From NCBI RefSeq assembly GCF_009914755.1, contig NC_060933.1: 64,000 nt of DNA; one strand, 5' to 3'. How positions within the stretch are numbered: the stretch's first letter is position 1; the number at the start of each line of letters is the position of its first letter. Position numbers and translations under genes: made by a program. The stretch comes from the human T2T-CHM13v2.0 reference genome, Homo sapiens. Positions 57,621 to 64,000 of this stretch are shown here, piece by piece. The notes below the pieces were generated by a model. The model was not told the origin of the DNA. It saw nothing but the letters and a program-made list of their open reading frames with translations, and did not search any database.

Positions 57621-58794
57621 CTAGCACTTGGTAGTGTCCACCTCTTTGTGGATGTCTCCTTCATAAGTATACTGGTCAGTCTAAACCTTGCATTTGGTAA
57701 GGAGGAAGTCATGCCCTTGAAAGGGCAGCTTTATTGGCTTGGATCCCTTCGTGACTTTTGTTGCGATTGAGATGTTTCAGGTGATACCTTCTGCTTAAAA
57801 AGATTGTCCTTGCTGGAAAGCTTTACCTGACGTCCAGGGACCAGGTTCCAGATTCCAGAGGAAGCACCACTGCACTAGGGTTGCCAGGAGCATGGATGAC
57901 AGGATCTGAGGAGGTATTTGGCATAGCTAAAGGCTCCAGATGGAGGTTTCAGATGACAGGCTGTCCATACTGAGTGTTGGTGACAATGTGGCCAAGGCCA
58001 ACTCTGGATGCAAGGGGCAGGAGATGTGAAGAGTGAGCAAGGTGGTGGGATGCTTCTTTGTTTTGAGGCTGCTGGTGAACATGATGTGGTACTAGGAGTG
58101 CGGGTACTTGGATATGGACTCCAAGTGAGGCAGGACAGAGCTGTTGGACAGGCTGAGTGCAGCTGGGACCTCTTCCTCCTCAAGGGGATTATAGGGCTGC
58201 TGGGCTCTGTTGCATCTCTTCTTCCATGCCTTTATCTTCTACTCAGCTGCTGTCCTGGCTTGTTGCCCAGAGTTGCTGCCCGGTGGGAGGGTAGCTGTCC
58301 GCTTTGGCTCTGCCTGCACCAATGTGATCAATAGGGGAAGGGGAAGAGGGTCCTTCCTGGGGACTGGCATCCTCTCTGACTGTATGGGCATTCTTCCCAG
58401 CTTAGGGATGAGCGTTCACTCAGGCTTCCATTCACTAGGTTGCTGCTGGCATCCTAGTTCACCAAGTTTTTATGCTGCAGACTACACCAGAACTGGGGTG
58501 TGGGAGTGGAGTGTATGCTGGGACTGTGCTCTCAGGAGTTTTTGCATGGTGTGTCTTGATTGTCATTTATTTGAAACCATTTTGTAATTTCCTTCTTGAT
58601 TTTCTTTTTAACTCCTTTCTGATTTAGGAGTAAAATTAATTTGTGCTTTTCTCATTTTTTTTCTGTTATTGACTCTAATTTTCTACCATTGAGGTAAGAT
58701 TATATACAGTATATGATTTCTATCATTTTAAACTCATTGAGATTTGTTTTAGGGCTTAGTATATGGTCTATCCTGGACAATATTCTACAGACGT

Positions 58795-59659
58795 GTGGTA
58801 GTACTAATTGTCATGGCTCATTTAATTTCTGTCCATAACTTGCCCAAGCTGTTAAGCTTCATTAATTGCTGGAAGACTGCTCCATTTTCAACACTTCCTG
58901 GATCCAGGTTCACGTAAAGGAACAGTTCCTGAGGTCAATGTTAGATATTTGTTCTGACCCCAGAAGGGCTCCTCCTAGCCATTTCCCCTCCCTGGCTCTC
59001 TTCAGCAAACTAGCCCAAAAATTTCCTGGTTGCTGCTCCCCACCATTCAAGACCTTTGCTGTTTTGAGAGCACCCTTAATCTTTAGCTTGCCCATGTTTT
59101 TTTGCAAATGAAGTTAGTTCCTCTGGGAAGTGATGAGGGGCTATGTGCTTTACAGCCTGCTTCCCTCTGCAGAGCAGGTTCACTGTGCATTGGTTACTAT
59201 TTCAGCCCACTCCATCTTGGGTTGTACTTTTCCTACTTGCCTGAGTCTGGTGAAACAGAGCATTGTACATACAAGTTACATGAATCAGTATTATTATTTA
59301 CAGAGGGGCAGCAAGGGGCAATAGAAACCTAGGATTCGTGATGAGCAGATCCCCCAAGGCTCACGAAAGCTGCACAGGTAGATGAAGTCTCATCTATACT
59401 TGCTGTAGTTGCATGACAGCTGAAGGACCCCAGAAAGCAGCCCACCCTGGGTTTTATACCCTGAAGATTACTTGACCTGCAGGGCTAAAGCCTTGAAGCA
59501 CATGCTGTTCTGGGAGGGCTGGGAACAGAGCCCTGATTGTTCTAACCAGTTCCTCCTTGTCTCAGGATATTGCATTTAATACAATAATTCTTGAGAAGTA
59601 CAAGTGAGAAAAGTGGGAGAACTGATTTGGTCCCAGATCACCTGGAGAAATGTCCTGCA
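58795..59659 (-). mobile_element. LTR sequence (MER54/MER74/LTR47-like); left boundary uncertain, may be two elements
   Basis: Minus start TGCAGGACATTTCTCCAGGTG...CAGTTCTCCC...CTTGTACTTCTCAAGAAT; TATAAAA on minus near 59452-59458. Confidence 0.6.
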
Positions 59660-60195
59660 CTCCCTCCAGGCAAAATCTCTGAACCAAGGCACTGGAGCTG
59701 GATATGGGTACAATGGCATACTTGTCTTTGAGTAACATCTCTTTTCTAGGAATTGAACTTTCAGTGGATGCCTGAGATCTTATTTAATTACTTCACCTGG
59801 TATGGGATCACTGCCTTACAAGTCAGGGCAAGAATGTATTCTTAGTAGTTCAATGCCCAAGGTAGAGTCTCTATTCTACCAATGACTCCTAAAGAAAATA
59901 TTGTAACCCCTCCCTCTTGACTGCACTCACTGAGATCATACATAGGCTAGACAACAGACAGCTGGGTGGAGGATGAAGAATGCTGAATAATAAATTTCCT
60001 CCCAGAAAGACAGCCCTCTGACTTGGGACTTGAAACTCTAAGGATATGGAGCCCTGTGTTCTTAGCTGCACAAGTCAGAAACAGAATTTCTTCCTCACTT
60101 AGCTGAGTGTAAATATTAGAAGCTCTTGCTTTTCTTACTGAATTTGTATGGATTTTCTTAAATGTTTATTACTCTGATGTAAGACCATTTTCAGA

Positions 60196-60249
60196 GTCTC
60201 TCTCTCTCTCTCTCTCTCCACACACACACACACACAACACACACACACA
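60196..60249. repeat. (TC)n(CA)n compound microsatellite
   Basis: Direct reading. Confidence 0.95.
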
Positions 60250-60489
60250 GAGTTATCATTTTCATTAGGTAGTAAGCCTTCAAAGTTTCTCATTCTTTCA
60301 TGCTAGCAGTAGATTCTGTCCGTAATTTGTCTGTCTGTTTGTTGGTTAGTTGGTTGGTTGGCTGGTTTTTCTAGACTTAGTGGAATGAATAGAGGAAAGG
60401 GTGTCCACTTCCCAGAGGCAGAGTCCTCAGATTTGTTTTGATTTTGATATGGTCTCGTGTATCGCTCTTGTTTAGACCTTCTGATGTTC

Positions 60490-61900
60490 CTTCTTAGAAA
60501 GTTGTTCACTATCCAAAGATTAATACTAAATATTTTATTTAATTTCTGTACAAACTTTGATAAAGTTTTTATTTGAAAATATTTTATATCAATACAGATC
60601 CAACTTAGTTCTTATGTTTCTAGTTTTCCCCTATATTATTTATTGAATAATCCGTATTTTCCTCTTTAACTTGAAATGCCAAACTAATTGCATATTAAAT
60701 TAAATATTAAAGTAGGCTTCTTATTATCTTTCATTATTTGTTCTATATCACCATGCATCTACACCAGTATAAGATTTAATTAGATAATATGTGAAAATAG
60801 TCAGTTGCTCACTTGAATAGGTCTATTTATCTTTAAATATTCTTATTCAGAATCATTCTGAGTTTTATAATTAAGTTGTCTGCCAAATAGGATCATAATA
60901 AATTTTATAGTTACTACTTGGAGTAGTGAAATATTTTAATACTGAATTTTTTCTATTCAAAATCAAGGTATGACATTCTATACTGATATAATTTCTTTTA
61001 TGCCTTTTTTAGGGAAATATAAACTTCTTATATAAAATTATATAAAATTGACCCAGAGGTGATTCATACTGATTAAAAATTATGACACTTCATTTTCATA
61101 ATAGAAACTCATTTCAATTCTACATCCATAAAACTTTAAATTAATAGAAATTTCTATTATAACTATGATATTTTCTTCATAAGAAAGCCATTAATTTATT
61201 CGAATAATAATAATTCATATTACTTCTAACAATATTTTGATAGTTCACATGACTACTCCAGTTATTCTATCACTAACCATGAATAAATATTTATTTTTTA
61301 ATGTGAAAAATTTATAACGTTCATTTCTCTAATCTGTGTTGACTGTAATATCCGGAACAATGCTACACAATAATAATGAGAGCAGTTTTATCTGCTGCTC
61401 AATAATGTTTGCACATGTATCAGATACTGTGCCACTTGCAGGTTATTGAATGATGAACATATGAGATGTGGCAGCGTCATAAATGTTGCATAAATAACAA
61501 TGTATAAATATATTTCAATAACATTTTATCAAAATACTGAATTTAATTAAATCTATTTTTGGCATCTGTTTAAATGATTATTTTTTACTTATGACCAAAT
61601 AAACTGAAAAATATATACAGATTTCTAAATGTTAAACAATTCTTGAGTTATTGGTGCAAATTCTACTTGGTTATAGTAGGCTGTTAATTATTTTTCTGCT
61701 GTATTGTTTTTGCTGATATTTTATGTAGAATTTTACTATTGATGTTCATAAATAATATTTGGCTATAATGTGGCACACTATGCTTTATTCCAGTTTTGAA
61801 CATTTAGTAGTAATAGACTTGTTAATAACTTTGCTTTGTATTTCTCATAAAAACTTAATTCCTTTTTTAAAATCTGTTTGGTTTTCTTCAGTTTCATATG
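60490..61900 (-). mobile_element. Very old L1ME ORF2 remnants
   Basis: TTTATTGAATAATCC; TAAATGTTAAACAATTCTTG; TTGCTGATATTTTATGTAGAATTTT...ATGTTCATAA. Confidence 0.6.
61052..61150 (+). repeat. Dispersed direct duplicate of 63353-63451
   Basis: 61057-61150 is identical to 63358-63451 (94 bp), offset 2301 bp. Confidence 0.95.
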
Positions 61901-62360
61901 CTAATTGCCATACTCAGTACGTTTTTAGGCACTCAATAAAGGTTTGCTGCATATACTTGCAAATTTTGGGGTCCTTGCTTTGTCCGCTTTTAAAGTTATT
62001 TTCACTGTAAAATGCTAAGTGAATTAGGCTGCATATAGAAAATAGGATATTATGCAAACTTTACAAATCATGCATGAAAATGAAATTTAATAATATGATA
62101 CAATTCTTATTTTACACACATAAATAAAAATTGAAAACTGCGTAGTGACAGAAATTTGATATAAACTATTCACAAGTTTTAGGCAAGTATATGTACTTGA
62201 AGAAAAATTAATCAACCAGAATATAATATGCACTATCTTTGAATTTGTCAATGATATCAATTTTATTTATAATATTGTCTATCACATATTGAATGTTCTA
62301 TGTCAGGACATTTCTACCAGCAAAAATTCATAGTTCTCAATCTGAAAATTATTTATTTGA

Positions 62361-62663
<303 letters not shown>

Positions 62664-62699
62664 GTGACTTTTTAATTAAACTCATCTGGCCAGAGATTA

Positions 62700-62915
62700 T
62701 GGCATTAATAATTGCTAGTTGTCCTGTATATCAAGCCAAGCCTTATTCTAAGTACTACTTGTGAAATTTATCGTTTCACAACATTCTGACAACTCTGCAA
62801 AGGAAACATTTTAAAGGATAGTTTATTAAAAATTGGATTCATTCAGTTGATAAAATTATAAAGTCGTAACATTGAGACTTTATCCTGTGCCATGTAACTC
62901 CAAAATCCTTGTTTT
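62700..62915 (-). mobile_element. MIR remnant
   Basis: TATTCTAAGTACT...GACAACTCTGCAAAGG...TAACTCCAAAATCCTTGTTTTTA. Confidence 0.5.
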
Positions 62916-63352
62916 ATAGTACTAATCTCACTTTTCTTTATCCTTTTTTTGTAAAAGTAAAATGTTTTCCTTTATTTAGTATGAATTAAATATGGTCCTA
63001 TGTATATACAATTTACTGTTACCTTTATGCTTCCAAAATTGATTATTTGAAAGGTATATTATTAATTGTTTTATTATTACTATTATTATTTCATTTGATA
63101 GAGTAGAAGGTGTAATAAGAATTAATAAGTAAAAATATTTTGTTACTGATGTACTATTACCACAACTGAAACACTGCAAATTTGACTTCTCTAGCAAAGG
63201 CAAATGTTTTCAGAATATAGAATGATGAGTGTTAAAATGGTTACTTGTGACTGTTCAGAGTTTAAACTGCAGCCCTTAAAATATAATCTGGATTTTTATG
63301 ATTGCTTTTTTGTTATCCTTCCTGTCCCTTTCATAGTCTTTCATTAGTCAGC

Positions 63353-63451
63353 CCCAAAGGTGATTCATACTGATTAAAAATTATGACACTTCATTTTCAT
63401 AATAGAAACTCATTTCAATTCTACATCCATAAAACTTTAAATTAATAGAAA
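63353..63451 (+). repeat. Probable donor copy of the 61052-61150 duplicate
   Basis: Sequence identity as above; lies in apparently non-repeat sequence. Confidence 0.9.
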
Positions 63452-64000
63452 AATTTTCAGTAAAAAGCATGTCATCAAAAAAAGAATGCTTAACATATCT
63501 GAGCTGACAGTCAAACCACAAACAAAGAAATTTCTAAGAGGCTCATATTCTGACCACAGATTCGTATGCTTTGAAATTCAGTTATATATTATATAGAAAT
63601 ACTGTTTTCTGATTTCTTCATGTCCTGAAGACCTTGGCTTGTACCCTCTTTCATTTACAAATGAGAAGAAATTGTCTTGAATTCTTCCCTGATAAGTATA
63701 GCAAATTTGAGAATGATTGGTCATCTGTGCAAGTCCCATTTTTACTCAGCTGTAAGTCCTAAAGGCTTGAAATCAGAGTCAGGTTCAGATCTATCACATC
63801 GTTACTAATGAAAACAAAATTTCTCTGAATTTGAGACCAAACTTCACTAATTCAAATATAAAATGCCTTGAATTTTCTAAGCTTTGCAACCAGTATATTA
63901 GGCTATTGCCTTTTATTGCTTGTATATGAAGCTGCAGCCTTCCTTTCTATGACATCCCAAGTCCCATTGTGTAGAGAAAATCAATGTTCATAGGCATTCT

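Larger units (their letters stand above)
55240..58540 (-). pseudogene. MICALL1: Processed pseudogene of MICALL1 (MICAL-like 1), 5'-truncated; CDS remnant about 58540-57141 plus putative 3' UTR
   Basis: Minus-strand peptides match recalled MICAL-L1 in order: SLQHKNLV..SSNLVNG; PRKDP..ITLVQAEPK; PYNPLEEEE; TSSLKTKK; LSMDSLSSE; LEPLAMPNTSSDPVIHAPG; QVKLSSKDNLF; TKGSKP; DQY..GDIHKEVDT; IHKKHILVWWES; MQELVILI*QCNII.KCLEEDQ.REEEED; LNLLGNKHD; stop at 57143-57141. No introns, many stops and frameshifts. The 3' boundary is inferred. Confidence 0.9.

Noticed and set aside
57875-58587. ORFs of 102-125 aa on both strands
   Set aside because: Alternative-frame or antisense readings of the GC-richer MICALL1 retrocopy

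Overview
AT-rich, repeat-dense primate (human/great-ape-like) genomic DNA. I see no intact protein-coding gene, RNA gene or CRISPR array, and nearly all ORF-track entries are L1, Alu or ERV fragments or chance ORFs. Main contents: (1) a heavily deleted two-LTR class I (gamma-like) provirus at about 10814-17510 (-) with a tRNA-Ile-type PBS, carrying a complete nested THE1C element; (2) a twin-primed, 5'-inverted L1PB at about 22.9-26.2 kb; (3) a full-length L1PA4-like element at 46468-52614 (-) whose ORF2 start codon was replaced by a perfect 20-bp fold-back hairpin; (4) an old, 5'-truncated processed pseudogene of MICALL1 at about 55.2-58.5 kb (-) inside an older L1; (5) many Alus, old L1/L2/MIR copies, MaLR/ERV LTRs and Tigger/Charlie DNA transposons. 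The most unusual signals are DNA-level: three short direct-orientation copies of sequence lying 0.5-2.3 kb downstream, several fold-back hairpins, and a probable orphan 3' transduction. I do not find evidence for a new gene system. Subfamily names come from recalled consensus sequences and need Dfam/RepeatMasker confirmation.
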